A stretch of DNA of 32,110 nt from Phycisphaerales bacterium (GCA_046342165.1 JBKDPX010000013.1:1-32110), one strand, 5' to 3'; positions 17,026-26,761 are shown, counted from the first letter of the stretch. The notes: a model not told the origin generated them from the letters alone. Program-made: numbers and translations.

Positions 17026-18174
17026 ATGCGATCGTCTTCGTTTCCAGAGGGGTGTGACCGTTTGGCGCGGGCTCGCGAAGTGCTCGAGCGTTGCCGCGAC
17101 GTTGAGGGAGTGGTGGGCGAGGAGCAAGACGGGGGCGCGGGCGAGCGCAAGGCGGGCCGAAGAGGGGTGGTCAGAACAGGATGGGCGCCATGGGGCGCTC
17201 GTGAGCCCGGAGCCAAGTCCGATGACGGGCTTGGTGTCGGGGCTTTGGAGGTCGGGGGGGTGCACGAATGGTTTGAGATGACGGATGAGACCGCCGGCGA
17301 AGCGCGCGGGCATCCATGGCATCCGCCGCTGGCGATCGTGATGCATGTGGTGCGCCAAGCGATGGTTCGGGTGCGTGGCGCGGGCGCGGTGGTATGGATC
17401 GGACGACGATGTTGGCCTCATCCCATCGCGTTGGCGCAAATGCGAGGTGTTGTCGCTCCCCAAGTGGACGATCTGCTTCGCGAGGCGCATCGATCGGCGA
17501 TTCGAAGCGGTGTTCGCGGCGGAATCAGACTCGCAGGACGATCGCGGAGCACGCAAGAAGATCAGGCGCCTCCCTCGGAGGTCGAATCCCAAGGTGTGGT
17601 GTCCGGAGATGTACTGCGTGAGATGCCGTGGGTCGGGCGTGGCGGAGCGTCGGAGCGTTCGAAATCCAAAGCGCATGAGGAGCAGTCGTCGCATCGCGTG
17701 GAATCCGATGAAGCATCGATTGATCTCGCGGCGTCTTCGCTGTTCGTTGATGCGCACACACACGAAGAGCGCGTGCGTGCGGCGGAGTTGGCCCTGCGTT
17801 GCGAGTCCGTCGCCGCAGTTGTCATGGATGGATCGAAACTGCAGATGTCAGAGTCGCGCAGGCTTCAGATCGCGGCGTATGCGGGTGGCGGAATCGGATT
17901 GATCGCAAGGCCGCGATGGGAATTGCGTGAGTTGTCCGTCGCTCGCTCAAGATGGGCGGTGCGCGCGATTTCTTCAGCGTCCGACGAGATGCGGTGGAGT
18001 GTTGAAGTGTTGCGGTGTAAGGGCGGGGGATCGTTGGTTGTCGGAGGGGGGCATCGTGTCACGGTGCGCAGGGATCATGAAACGGGCGTTGTCGGTGTGG
18101 TTGTCGAATCCGGCCGCGGATCTGGAAATCCGGAGGGAGAGCCGCAGGTTGCGAAGTCTTGCTTCGTCGCCTGA
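17026..18174 (+). CDS. imuA: ImuA-like (RecA-fold, SulA/ImuA family) component of the mutagenesis cassette
   Basis: It sits directly upstream of imuB-dnaE2. ImuA-like strings are GVHEW near the N-terminal third, SESRRLQIAAYAGGGIGLIARP, and the C-terminal MRWSVEVLRCKGGG. Third-position G/C bias favours this frame over the antisense ORF 16777-17763. Start and stop are uncertain; the tail overlaps imuB. Confidence 0.65.
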   Translation: MRSSSFPEGCDRLARAREVLERCRDVEGVVGEEQDGGAGERKAGRRGVVRTGWAPWGAREPGAKSDDGLGVGALEVGGVHEWFEMTDETAGEARGHPWHPPLAIVMHVVRQAMVRVRGAGAVVWIGRRCWPHPIALAQMRGVVAPQVDDLLREAHRSAIRSGVRGGIRLAGRSRSTQEDQAPPSEVESQGVVSGDVLREMPWVGRGGASERSKSKAHEEQSSHRVESDEASIDLAASSLFVDAHTHEERVRAAELALRCESVAAVVMDGSKLQMSESRRLQIAAYAGGGIGLIARPRWELRELSVARSRWAVRAISSASDEMRWSVEVLRCKGGGSLVVGGGHRVTVRRDHETGVVGVVVESGRGSGNPEGEPQVAKSCFVA

Positions 18175-19621
18175 GTGTTCGGCCTCATCGCGGATCGTGT
18201 TGATCGTGGCCGATGAACGTGCGCGGCGCATCGTGCGTGCATGCTGTGATCGCGCGCGCAGTCATGGCGTGCGGCCGGGCATGACCTTCAGCCAAGCCGC
18301 GGCGCTTGTGCCGCGCGTCTCGCTCCATGTGGTTCAGCACGATCCTGATCGTGACGCCCGGGCATTGCGTGCGCTTGCGATTTGGGCGCATCGCTATTCG
18401 CCGACGGTGATGCCAGATCCGCCCGACGGTCTGTTGATCGATGTATCGGGTTCGGAGCATCTGTGGGGAGGTGAACAAGCGCTTGCAAACCTTGTTCGCC
18501 GCGATCTGCATGCACTCGGTTTGTCTTCACGCGTTGCGATCGCGCCGACATTCGCCGCGGCATGGGGATGCGCGCGATTCGGATCAGTCGAAGAGATCGT
18601 GATTCGTGATTCGGAATTGCGTCAACATGTTTCGGAACTGCCGATTGAGGCGTTGGGCATCGAGTCAAAAGTCGCGGCGGAACTTCGTGAAGTCGGCATC
18701 GTCAAGGTTGGGCAGGTGATGGGATTGCCGCGTCGACTATTGCCGGCGCGATTCGGTGATGATCTGATGTTGCGCGTGGATCGGATGCTTGGAAGCGGAA
18801 TCGAAGTGTTGGATCCGCTTCGCGCGCGAGAAGCCGTGTCCGTCTCCTGGGTTCTCGACGGGCCGACGACAAGGCTCGAAGATCTGCGCGTGATCGTGAC
18901 CAAGCTCATCGATTCGCTTTGCGCGCGATTGGAGGAATTGTCATGCGGCGCGCGCGAAGTCGAGGTCGTTCTCAAGCGAGCGGATCTCGAAGCCGCGGTC
19001 ATTCGCGCCACCTGTGTCAGACCGATGCGAGTCCCGCGTCATCTTGAGCGTCTGATTCTTCCGAAGCTTGATCGGATTCATCTCGGATTCGGCGTCGAGG
19101 CCGCGACGATTCATGTGAAAGATCCGGGACGCGTGGGGCATCGAGGGATGCGTCTCATCGAGTCCTCGAATCGTAAAAGCGCCGCGGAGCGCGAGCACGA
19201 ACTCGGCGTGTTGATCGACTCGATTTCGAGCGTGATCGGCGCGGGTTCGGTCCTGCGCGCTCAGGTCGTGCCATCGCATATTCCCGATCGCGCGTTTGTC
19301 TTCACGCCCGCGGATCCGGAACTCGCGCCCTCATCGATTGACTGTGCGCGAAGCGATCGTCCGACGTTGCTCTGTGATCACCTCATGCCGATCGAAGTCG
19401 TCGGTTCCACGCCTCGCGGCGCACCATTGAGCGTGCGATGGAAAGGGGATCTGATTCCGCTTCGCAATGTCTCGACCCCCGAACGAATCGATGGCGAGTG
19501 GTGGAAGGGTGATCGATCTCCGTCGGAGTATTACCGAGTGCAGTTGGAAGACGGTCGATGGTGGTGGCTGATGCGCGATGCGGCGGCCGATCGATGGTTC
19601 GTCAAAGGAATGTGGGTGTGA
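18077..19621 (+). CDS. imuB: ImuB, Y-family-polymerase-like protein of the mutagenesis cassette
   Basis: I placed the start at ATG 18077 (MKRALSVWLSNPAADLEIRR), which matches the usual ImuB N-terminus. The Y-family-like region is VLIVADERARRIVRACCDRARSHGVRPGMTFSQAAAL. It stops 3 nt before dnaE2. Confidence 0.8.
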   Translation: MKRALSVWLSNPAADLEIRRESRRLRSLASSPECSASSRIVLIVADERARRIVRACCDRARSHGVRPGMTFSQAAALVPRVSLHVVQHDPDRDARALRALAIWAHRYSPTVMPDPPDGLLIDVSGSEHLWGGEQALANLVRRDLHALGLSSRVAIAPTFAAAWGCARFGSVEEIVIRDSELRQHVSELPIEALGIESKVAAELREVGIVKVGQVMGLPRRLLPARFGDDLMLRVDRMLGSGIEVLDPLRAREAVSVSWVLDGPTTRLEDLRVIVTKLIDSLCARLEELSCGAREVEVVLKRADLEAAVIRATCVRPMRVPRHLERLILPKLDRIHLGFGVEAATIHVKDPGRVGHRGMRLIESSNRKSAAEREHELGVLIDSISSVIGAGSVLRAQVVPSHIPDRAFVFTPADPELAPSSIDCARSDRPTLLCDHLMPIEVVGSTPRGAPLSVRWKGDLIPLRNVSTPERIDGEWWKGDRSPSEYYRVQLEDGRWWWLMRDAAADRWFVKGMWV

Positions 19622-19624
19622 CCG

Positions 19625-22600
19625 ATGCCGCAGGAACCCTCTCCAAAACCGCACCGACATCCCTTCCGCGATACGGGTGATGATCGTGAAGCGCGCCCAA
19701 ACGATGAGACTTCGACGCGTTGTTCCATCGGATTCGCCGAACTCTGCGTGACGACCAACTACACGTTTCTCACCGGCGCGGGACATCCCGAAGAGATGGT
19801 CGAGCAAGCCGCGGCGATCGGACATCGTGCGTGCGCGATCGCGGATCTCAACACGCTCGCCGGCATCGTGCGCGCGCATGTCGCGGCGGAGAAACTCGGG
19901 ATCCCGCTCGCCGTCGGATCAAGAATTCGTCTGTCGTCCGTCGGCTCCGACGGCTCCGCACATCCTGATGTGCTGTTGTTCGCCGCATCCCGCGCCGGGT
20001 ATTCACGACTCTCGCGCTTGATCACGCTGGGCAAACGACGCGCTCCCAAAGGTGAATGTGAGATCACGCTCGACGATCTGCTTGCGCATCACGAGGGACT
20101 CTTGGCCGTTGTTCCGCCGGATCGGGAAGTTTCAATCGGTTTGGCCGAGTGCGTCGGCGCGTTGCGTGATGTGTTTGATGATGACAGGCTCAGTATCGCG
20201 GTGCGGCGGCTCTACACGCAAGATGACGATGCAGTGCTTGCGCGATGGATCAAGTTCGCGTCCTCGTACGGTGTTCCGCTCGTCGCATCAAACGATGTAA
20301 GGTATCCCGTAAGTTCCAAGCGCGAGTTGCATGATGTCTTGGCGTGTATTCGCGCCGGTTGCACGCTTGATGAAGCCGGATGGCGCTTGTGTCCGCACGG
20401 ACAAGCGTATTTGAAAGATGAGTCTCGGATGCGAGCCATGTTTCCCGGGCTTGATCATGCGATCGCGCGAAGCGTCGAAGTCGCGCTGAGAGCCGCGGCG
20501 TTCTCGATGAACGAATTGAAGTATGAATATCCCGCGGAAGTCTGTCCGACGGGAATCACGCCGACCGAATATCTCAAGCGACTGACCTACGAAGGCGCCG
20601 CGAGTCGCTACGGGCGCTCGATCCCTGAGCCCGTGCGCGCGCAGATCGAATACGAACTGAAATTGATCGCCGAACTTCAGTACGAGGCGTATTTCCTGAC
20701 TTGTCAGGACATCGTCGCTTTCGCGCGCGGTCGTGGGATTCTGTGCCAAGGTCGAGGCGGCGCGGCGAACTCCGCGGTGTGCTATTGCCTCGGCATCACC
20801 GAAGTCGATCCGCATCGATTCAATATTCTGTTTGAGCGCTTCATCAGCCGCGCTCGCAACGAACCGCCCGATATCGATATCGACTTCGAACACGAGCGAC
20901 GAGAGGAGGTCATCCAATACATCTACGCCAAGTACGGTCGTGAACGCGCGGCGCTCGCGGCGGCGGTGATCTCGTATCGAGGCAAAAGCGCCGTGCGCGA
21001 GGTTGGCAAGGCGCTTGGATTCTCGCTTGATGCCGTCAATCTGCTCAGCAAGCAACTCGGGCACTGGTCGACTTCGATCGACCCCAAACGCATCGCCGAA
21101 GCGGGATTTCGAACGGACGATCCGAATATCGAGCGCTTGCTCAGGCTCTCGAATGAGATCGCCGGATTTCCGCGCCATCTCTCTCAGCATGTCGGCGGAT
21201 TCGTCATCACCAAGTCCCCGTTGGCGGATCTTGTTCCCATCGAAAACGCGGCGATGGAAGATCGCACGGTGATCGAATGGGACAAGGACGACATCGATGC
21301 GATGGGGATGCTGAAAATCGATGTGCTCGGACTTGGCATGTTGTCGTGCATTCGAAAAGCGATCGATCTCGTGAATGAACGACGAAAACGAAAGTGCGGC
21401 AGTGTCGTCGGTGAGATCGAGGATCCCGCGTTGCGGCCGCAATCCGGTGTGCCGCTGACACATCAGAGAATTGCGCGCAATCCCACGGATCCGCGCGTGT
21501 ACGACATGCTGTGTCGAGCCGACAGCGTGGGCGTGTTCCAAGTCGAATCGCGTGCGCAGATGTCCATGCTGCCGAGATTGAGGCCTCGGTGTTTCTACGA
21601 CCTTGTGATCGAGGTGGCGATCGTTCGGCCCGGGCCCATTCAAGGCGACATGGTGCATCCGTACCTTCGGCGACGCGCGGGTGAGGAAAGCGTGGTGTTT
21701 CCGAACGAGGACGTGAGACGAGTGCTGGGTCGCACGCTCGGTGTGCCGCTCTTTCAGGAGCAGGCGATGGAGTTGGCGATCGTCGCCGCGGGATTCACCC
21801 CGGATGAGTCGGACGCTTTGCGAAGAGCGATGGCGGCGTGGAAGCGCAAGGGGAAAGACATCGAGCGATTCGGTGTGAAGTTGATCGAAGGAATGACGGC
21901 GCGGGGATACGCCCCGGAGTTCGCGCAAAGATGTTTCGAGCAGATCAAGGGGTTCAGCGAGTACGGATTCCCTGAATCCCATGCCGCGAGTTTCGCGATT
22001 TTGGTGTATGTGTCTTCGTGGTTGAAGTGTTTCGAGCCGGCGGCGTTCGCCGCGGCGTTGATCAACAGTCAACCGATGGGGTTTTACGCACCTGCGCAGA
22101 TCGTTCGCGATGCGATGGAGCACGGCGTGGAGATCCGTCCTGTGGATGTGTCGCACAGTCGGTGGGATTGCACGCTTGAAACTCCGATGAAAGGGCATTC
22201 GTGCCTGAGACTTGGAATGCGATTGGTCAAAGGCTTGCGTGAGGATGAAGCCAATCGCATCAGTGATGCGATGCGCAACGCCAAGCGACCGATCACGAGT
22301 GTGGAGCGATTGTGGAAAGAGAGCGGCGTTTCGACGGCGACCTTGCGCACGCTGGCGAAAGCCGATGCGTTTACAAGCATGAATCTCGATCGAAGGCGGG
22401 CGCTGTGGGAGATCAAGCCGCTACGCGAGGAGGAGTTGCCGTTATTCGGTGGCGCAACAGTTGAAGAAGAAGCGGTGCAGTTGCCGCAAGCCAAGCCGGG
22501 ACGGCGCGTGCTCGATGATTACGAGAGCGTCGGGCTTTCCCTCAAAGCTCATCCGGTTTCTTTTTTGCGTCGACAACTCGAAGCGCGCGGCGTCGTTCCG

Positions 22601-22921
22601 TGTGCGGCGTTGAAAAACGAAATCCAAATGCCAAGCGGTCGATATGTCTCCGTCGCAGGGATCGTGTTGGTTCGTCAGAGGCCGGGAACGGCGTCCGGCG
22701 TCGTGTTTTTGACTGTGGAAGATGAAACGGGAATCGCGAATCTGATCCTGTGGAGTTCGACGTTCGAGCGGTTTCGCAGTATCGCGCGTTTGAGCACTTC
22801 GGTGATGGCGTACGGGCGAGTCGAGCGCCGACACGACGTGGTTCACGTGCACGTGGAGCGGCTTGAGTGCATGGACGGCATGATTCCCGGCATCGAATCG
22901 ATATCGCGGGATTTTCATTAG
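19625..22921 (+). CDS. dnaE2: Error-prone DNA polymerase III alpha-subunit paralog DnaE2
   Basis: 1098-aa ORF. PHP-domain start FAELCVTTNYTFLTGAGHPEEM. Polymerase core strings are PDIDIDFEHERREEVIQYIY, GFPRHLSQHVGGFVI and FQVESRAQMSMLPRL. The C-terminal OB-like region is VAGIVLVRQRPGTASGVVFLTVEDETG. Confidence 0.93.
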   Translation: MPQEPSPKPHRHPFRDTGDDREARPNDETSTRCSIGFAELCVTTNYTFLTGAGHPEEMVEQAAAIGHRACAIADLNTLAGIVRAHVAAEKLGIPLAVGSRIRLSSVGSDGSAHPDVLLFAASRAGYSRLSRLITLGKRRAPKGECEITLDDLLAHHEGLLAVVPPDREVSIGLAECVGALRDVFDDDRLSIAVRRLYTQDDDAVLARWIKFASSYGVPLVASNDVRYPVSSKRELHDVLACIRAGCTLDEAGWRLCPHGQAYLKDESRMRAMFPGLDHAIARSVEVALRAAAFSMNELKYEYPAEVCPTGITPTEYLKRLTYEGAASRYGRSIPEPVRAQIEYELKLIAELQYEAYFLTCQDIVAFARGRGILCQGRGGAANSAVCYCLGITEVDPHRFNILFERFISRARNEPPDIDIDFEHERREEVIQYIYAKYGRERAALAAAVISYRGKSAVREVGKALGFSLDAVNLLSKQLGHWSTSIDPKRIAEAGFRTDDPNIERLLRLSNEIAGFPRHLSQHVGGFVITKSPLADLVPIENAAMEDRTVIEWDKDDIDAMGMLKIDVLGLGMLSCIRKAIDLVNERRKRKCGSVVGEIEDPALRPQSGVPLTHQRIARNPTDPRVYDMLCRADSVGVFQVESRAQMSMLPRLRPRCFYDLVIEVAIVRPGPIQGDMVHPYLRRRAGEESVVFPNEDVRRVLGRTLGVPLFQEQAMELAIVAAGFTPDESDALRRAMAAWKRKGKDIERFGVKLIEGMTARGYAPEFAQRCFEQIKGFSEYGFPESHAASFAILVYVSSWLKCFEPAAFAAALINSQPMGFYAPAQIVRDAMEHGVEIRPVDVSHSRWDCTLETPMKGHSCLRLGMRLVKGLREDEANRISDAMRNAKRPITSVERLWKESGVSTATLRTLAKADAFTSMNLDRRRALWEIKPLREEELPLFGGATVEEEAVQLPQAKPGRRVLDDYESVGLSLKAHPVSFLRRQLEARGVVPCAALKNEIQMPSGRYVSVAGIVLVRQRPGTASGVVFLTVEDETGIANLILWSSTFERFRSIARLSTSVMAYGRVERRHDVVHVHVERLECMDGMIPGIESISRDFH

Positions 22922-22975
22922 CGTTCGGCATGGAGAAAGAGGTTCGGTTGGGAAGAGGGGGTCGTATGATCAGGC

Positions 22976-23647
22976 ATGTGCGGTCGGTTTCATCGCGAAC
23001 TATCTTGGCGACAGGTGCACGAGTTTCTCGATTTGAGATTCCCGACGACCCTTGAGGACGGTGCGGATGTTCCTCCGAGTTCGAACGTCGCGCCGACGCA
23101 TTTCACTCCGGTGTGCACTTTGAAGGACGGAGTGGAGCGAGCGATTGGAATGATGCATTGGGGCATCGTCCCGCCGTGGTCCCGTGATGGGCGCATGTTG
23201 ATCAACGCGCGAAGCGAGACCGCGCCGACTGGTCCGGGATTCCGCGAAGCGTGGACGACAAGAAGATGCATCGTGCCGGCGACAGGGTTCTACGAGTGGA
23301 AGCAGGAGGGGACTCGCAAGGTGCCGATGCTGTTCACGGTTCCTGATGAACCGATCTTCGCTTTTGCGGGGTTGTGGGAGCCTGAACGCTCGACGAAACC
23401 CGCGGGTGTGGTCATCCTCACCATGGCACCGAATGAGTTGGTCGCTTCAGTCCATGACCGCATGCCGGTGATGTTGAGGCGAGGGGACATCAAGCAATGG
23501 TTGCAGGATGGGCAGGGAGACTTTCTTCGAGCGCCGATTCCCGCTGAGGAGATGCGCATGTCTCCCGCAGCCGGTGATTTGAACACCGCACCCGCACGAC
23601 GAAAGGCGCCGCCCAAAGAGGATTCGCAGCCGGGATTATTCGGGTGA
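22976..23647 (+). CDS. SOS response-associated peptidase (SRAP / YedK-HMCES family) abasic-site processing protein
   Basis: The N-terminus is MCGRF (catalytic Cys2). Further motifs are HWGIVPPW, NARSETA, RRCIVPATGFYEW and HDRMPVML. Confidence 0.9.
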   Translation: MCGRFHRELSWRQVHEFLDLRFPTTLEDGADVPPSSNVAPTHFTPVCTLKDGVERAIGMMHWGIVPPWSRDGRMLINARSETAPTGPGFREAWTTRRCIVPATGFYEWKQEGTRKVPMLFTVPDEPIFAFAGLWEPERSTKPAGVVILTMAPNELVASVHDRMPVMLRRGDIKQWLQDGQGDFLRAPIPAEEMRMSPAAGDLNTAPARRKAPPKEDSQPGLFG

Positions 23648-23785
23648 AAGATCGGTCAGCGGAGCGGTTCGCGCGACACTCCCGAGTATAAAAATCGTGC
23701 TTCGTTCTCGAAATGTGACCCCCGGACGTGCGGCGGAAATGTGAGCGTGCTATGCTTGGTATCCGTTGGGGTCAGGAGTGTTTGA

Positions 23786-24151
23786 ATGCAGGGTGCAAAG
23801 CCGTGGCAGATCGCAGTGATCATCGTCGGATTGCTCGGAGCGATCGTCGTGGCGTTTCTGAGCACGATGGGCAGTGAGGAGCCGCAGTTCGCGGATTCGA
23901 TGACTGTTGCGGATGTTCAGACCGGTGAACTGTTCACGGTGGAGTTCGGCAAGAAAGCCATCGTGCTTCCGATGACCCGCAAGGGCAATTCAGTCGCCAC
24001 CCTGTATCCCGTGTATCAGAAGGAAGGCCAATGGGTCGTTGAAGAGCGATATCGCGAAGTCAACGCCGCCGCCTTCAAGGACTCGAAAGTGTACAACCCC
24101 TCGTCCGGCGCGATCGCCGTGACAGGTGAACCCAAGGATCTGGACGAGTGA
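23786..24151 (+). CDS. Small N-terminally anchored hypothetical protein
   Basis: AGGAG (23774-78) lies 7 nt upstream of the ATG. There is one N-terminal TM helix, [19 protein letters not shown]. The stop overlaps the next gene's GTG (GTGA). No recognisable motif. Confidence 0.5.
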   Translation: MQGAKPWQIAVIIVGLLGAIVVAFLSTMGSEEPQFADSMTVADVQTGELFTVEFGKKAIVLPMTRKGNSVATLYPVYQKEGQWVVEERYREVNAAAFKDSKVYNPSSGAIAVTGEPKDLDE

Positions 24152-25230
24152 GCCGCAACATGGACAACCATATTCGTTTCGTCAGGAACCGCGCGTTCAC
24201 GTTGATCGAGTTGCTCGTGGTGATCGCGATCATCGCGCTGTTGATCAGCATTCTGCTTCCTGCGATGGGCAAGGCCCGCGAAGCAGGACGCTCCATCGTC
24301 TGTCAGTCGATGTTGCGAAACATCGGCCAGTTCCAGCTGTCGTACGCGTCATCCAACAAGGATTTCATTTCGTCGTACATGACTTCGGGCGCGGAGTATG
24401 CGGCACGCGGCGCTTCCACCATGGAAGGCGACAAGACCCCGACGACTCCCACGAGCATCTATGACTGGATGAGCCCGATCCTCGGCGACAGCGTGAATCT
24501 CTCGCCGAACCGCGCTCGCCGCACTCTTGAACTGTTCAACAACTGGGGATGCTCCGCCGCCATTCGTCGCAACGACATCGTGTGGGGCGGTAGCTCGGGT
24601 TCGGATCTCGCGGACTTCTCCGCCGCGCAGACTGACTTCCAGTATCGCCAAGTCAGCTACTTGATGCCCGTCGGCTTCGCATTCGCAAGCCGAATGGAAC
24701 GCAATGTTCCGGGCAATCCTGAAACCGGAAGAACTCCGCCGGCGCTGTATCAGTTCCGTCCGCGCGAGAACCCCAACGCCGTGATCCCTCTCGCGCGCCA
24801 GTACTTCAGCACGCCGGTTGATACCTACTTCCAGTACAACGGCAACCTCGCTCGCGCGGGACTTCAACTGTCTAACAAAGTGCTCGCGATGGACGGTACT
24901 CGCTTCTATGACCCCAATGGTCGTCGCTTGGATTTCGACGCGTCCCCCGCGCCGACGTACTACGGCTCGTTCCTCGACAATCCGTGCTACAACGACTCGG
25001 CGGCGTATGGTCGAGTTCGCGGCGGTTCGAACACCACGAACCAGCAACTCTCCTTCCGCCACGGCAAGAATCTGAACGCATCATTCTTCGACGGAAGCGT
25101 CCGTAAGTTGACGCAGGATGAAGTCTATCGCCGCCCGGATTACTTCTTCCCGTCCAAGAGCATGTTCTACCACACGGATGCAAACGCGGAAGCGCAGCAG
25201 CAATACGCGAACATCACCATGCTCCCCTGA
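24148..25230 (+). CDS. DUF1559 / H-X9-DG prepilin-type N-terminal methylation-domain protein (planctomycete pseudopilin-like family)
   Basis: [47 protein letters not shown] is the typical family N-terminus. The C-terminal [12 protein letters not shown] fits H-X9-DG exactly. The start could be the GTG at 24148 or the ATG at 24160. Confidence 0.85.
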   Translation: MSRNMDNHIRFVRNRAFTLIELLVVIAIIALLISILLPAMGKAREAGRSIVCQSMLRNIGQFQLSYASSNKDFISSYMTSGAEYAARGASTMEGDKTPTTPTSIYDWMSPILGDSVNLSPNRARRTLELFNNWGCSAAIRRNDIVWGGSSGSDLADFSAAQTDFQYRQVSYLMPVGFAFASRMERNVPGNPETGRTPPALYQFRPRENPNAVIPLARQYFSTPVDTYFQYNGNLARAGLQLSNKVLAMDGTRFYDPNGRRLDFDASPAPTYYGSFLDNPCYNDSAAYGRVRGGSNTTNQQLSFRHGKNLNASFFDGSVRKLTQDEVYRRPDYFFPSKSMFYHTDANAEAQQQYANITMLP

Positions 25231-25250
25231 GCGCGGAGTGATCGGATTTC

Positions 25251-25285
25251 ATCGGGCTCCCTTCGGGGGCCCGATTTCATTTTTG
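25251..25285 (+). terminator. Rho-independent terminator
   Basis: An 11-bp stem ATCGGGCTCCC (25251-61) / GGGGGCCCGAT (25266-76) with one G-T wobble and loop TTCG, followed by TTCATTTTT. Confidence 0.8.
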
Positions 25286-25329
25286 GTGGCTGGATGCGCT
25301 ACGCTTTTGGCAACAACGGAGTGAACATC

Positions 25330-26760
25330 ATGTCGATCGAGAATCAGCTGGGGTGGGTCGCTACGAACGAAAATGCATGTATTGATCGTTTGGTGGAATG
25401 GCTGCGAATCCCCAGCATCTCGACGGATCCCGCATACAAAGATCACTGCCGCGCCGCGGCGAATTGGGCGAACGATCAACTCAACGCACTCGGTCTGCAA
25501 TCCAAAGTCGTTGAAACGCATCATGAAGGCGGCGCCGGGCATCCGATCGTGTTGGCGCACTCGGTTCCGTCCGCGGACTACAAAGGCCCGCATGTGCTGT
25601 TCTACGGACACTACGACGTGCAACCCGTCGATCCCGTTGATTTGTGGGAGAGTTCGCCGTTCGAGCCCGTGATCCGTGAAGCGCGATCCGGTGAAGATGG
25701 TGGTCGCCGAATCGTCGCGCGCGGCGCCGTCGATGACAAAGGACAGGTGATGTCCTTCATCGAAGCGATGCGTGCATGGAAAGAGCTGACCGGACACCCG
25801 ACAGGCGGCGCCGCGTTCACGATTCTGCTCGAAGGCGAGGAAGAGAGTGGCTCTGTTTCACTCGGTAACTTCGTGAACGATCACAAGAAGATTCTGAGTA
25901 AGACCGATGTCTGTCTGATCTCGGACACCGGAATGCTCGGGCGAGGTAAGCCGGCGATCACGTACGGTGTTCGCGGCCTTGCGTACACGCAGATCACCCT
26001 GCATGCTTCCAACCAAGATCTTCACTCAGGCTTGTGGGGCGGTCGTTGTCCGAATCCGATCACGGAACTCACTCGAGTGCTCGCGCAATTGCACGACAAG
26101 AAACGCCGCGTGACGATTCCGGGTTTTTATAACGATGTCATGCCGCTGACCAAGAAGGAGCGAGCGAACTGGAAGGCCCTTAAGTTTGACCACAAGAAGG
26201 CGCTGAAGGGCATCGGACTTCCGCCTGCCGCTGACATCGGCGAGGCCGGCTTCACGGCGCTCGAGAGAGAGTGGGGACGTCCGACCGCCGAAATCAACGG
26301 CATCTGGGGCGGCTACATCGGTGAGGGCGCCAAGACCGTCATCCCTGCGCATGCAAGTGCGAAAGTGTCGTTCCGACTGGTGGCCAATCAGGATCCCGCG
26401 AAGGTGACCAAGGCATTCTTCAAGTGGTGTAAGGATCACACTCCCCCCGGATGTCGTTGGGAGTTCCTTGATCACCACGGTGGCTTCGGCGTGACAGTTC
26501 CGATTGAATCGCCGTACCTCGCCGCGGCGACGAAGGCGATTCATCGCGCGTCCGGCAAGAAAGCGTCATTGATCAAGTCAGGCGGTTCGATTCCGGTGGC
26601 GGGCATGCTCAAGAGCAAGCTCGGCATCGACACGATCTTCATGGGATTTGGATTGTCCGATGATCGTGTTCATTCGCCGAACGAGAAGTTCGAGATCGAC
26701 TGCTACACACTCGGCATCAAGTCCCACATCGCGTTCATCGGCGAACTGACAGGACATTGA
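25330..26760 (+). CDS. M20-family metallopeptidase / dipeptidase
   Basis: The ATG at 25330 has GGAG 8 nt upstream. M20 motifs are LFYGHYDVQP, RGAVDDKG and LLEGEEESGS, plus a C-terminal HSPNE. Confidence 0.85.
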   Translation: MSIENQLGWVATNENACIDRLVEWLRIPSISTDPAYKDHCRAAANWANDQLNALGLQSKVVETHHEGGAGHPIVLAHSVPSADYKGPHVLFYGHYDVQPVDPVDLWESSPFEPVIREARSGEDGGRRIVARGAVDDKGQVMSFIEAMRAWKELTGHPTGGAAFTILLEGEEESGSVSLGNFVNDHKKILSKTDVCLISDTGMLGRGKPAITYGVRGLAYTQITLHASNQDLHSGLWGGRCPNPITELTRVLAQLHDKKRRVTIPGFYNDVMPLTKKERANWKALKFDHKKALKGIGLPPAADIGEAGFTALEREWGRPTAEINGIWGGYIGEGAKTVIPAHASAKVSFRLVANQDPAKVTKAFFKWCKDHTPPGCRWEFLDHHGGFGVTVPIESPYLAAATKAIHRASGKKASLIKSGGSIPVAGMLKSKLGIDTIFMGFGLSDDRVHSPNEKFEIDCYTLGIKSHIAFIGELTGH

Positions 26761-26761
26761 T

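Noticed and set aside
16777-17763. 328-aa minus-strand ORF spanning the asd 3' end, the imuA promoter and half of imuA
   Set aside because: It crosses a promoter/operator region and overlaps two well-supported plus-strand genes. The plus frame carries ImuA-type strings (SRRLQIAAYAGGGIGLIARP, WSVEVLRCKGGG) and better third-position G/C bias.
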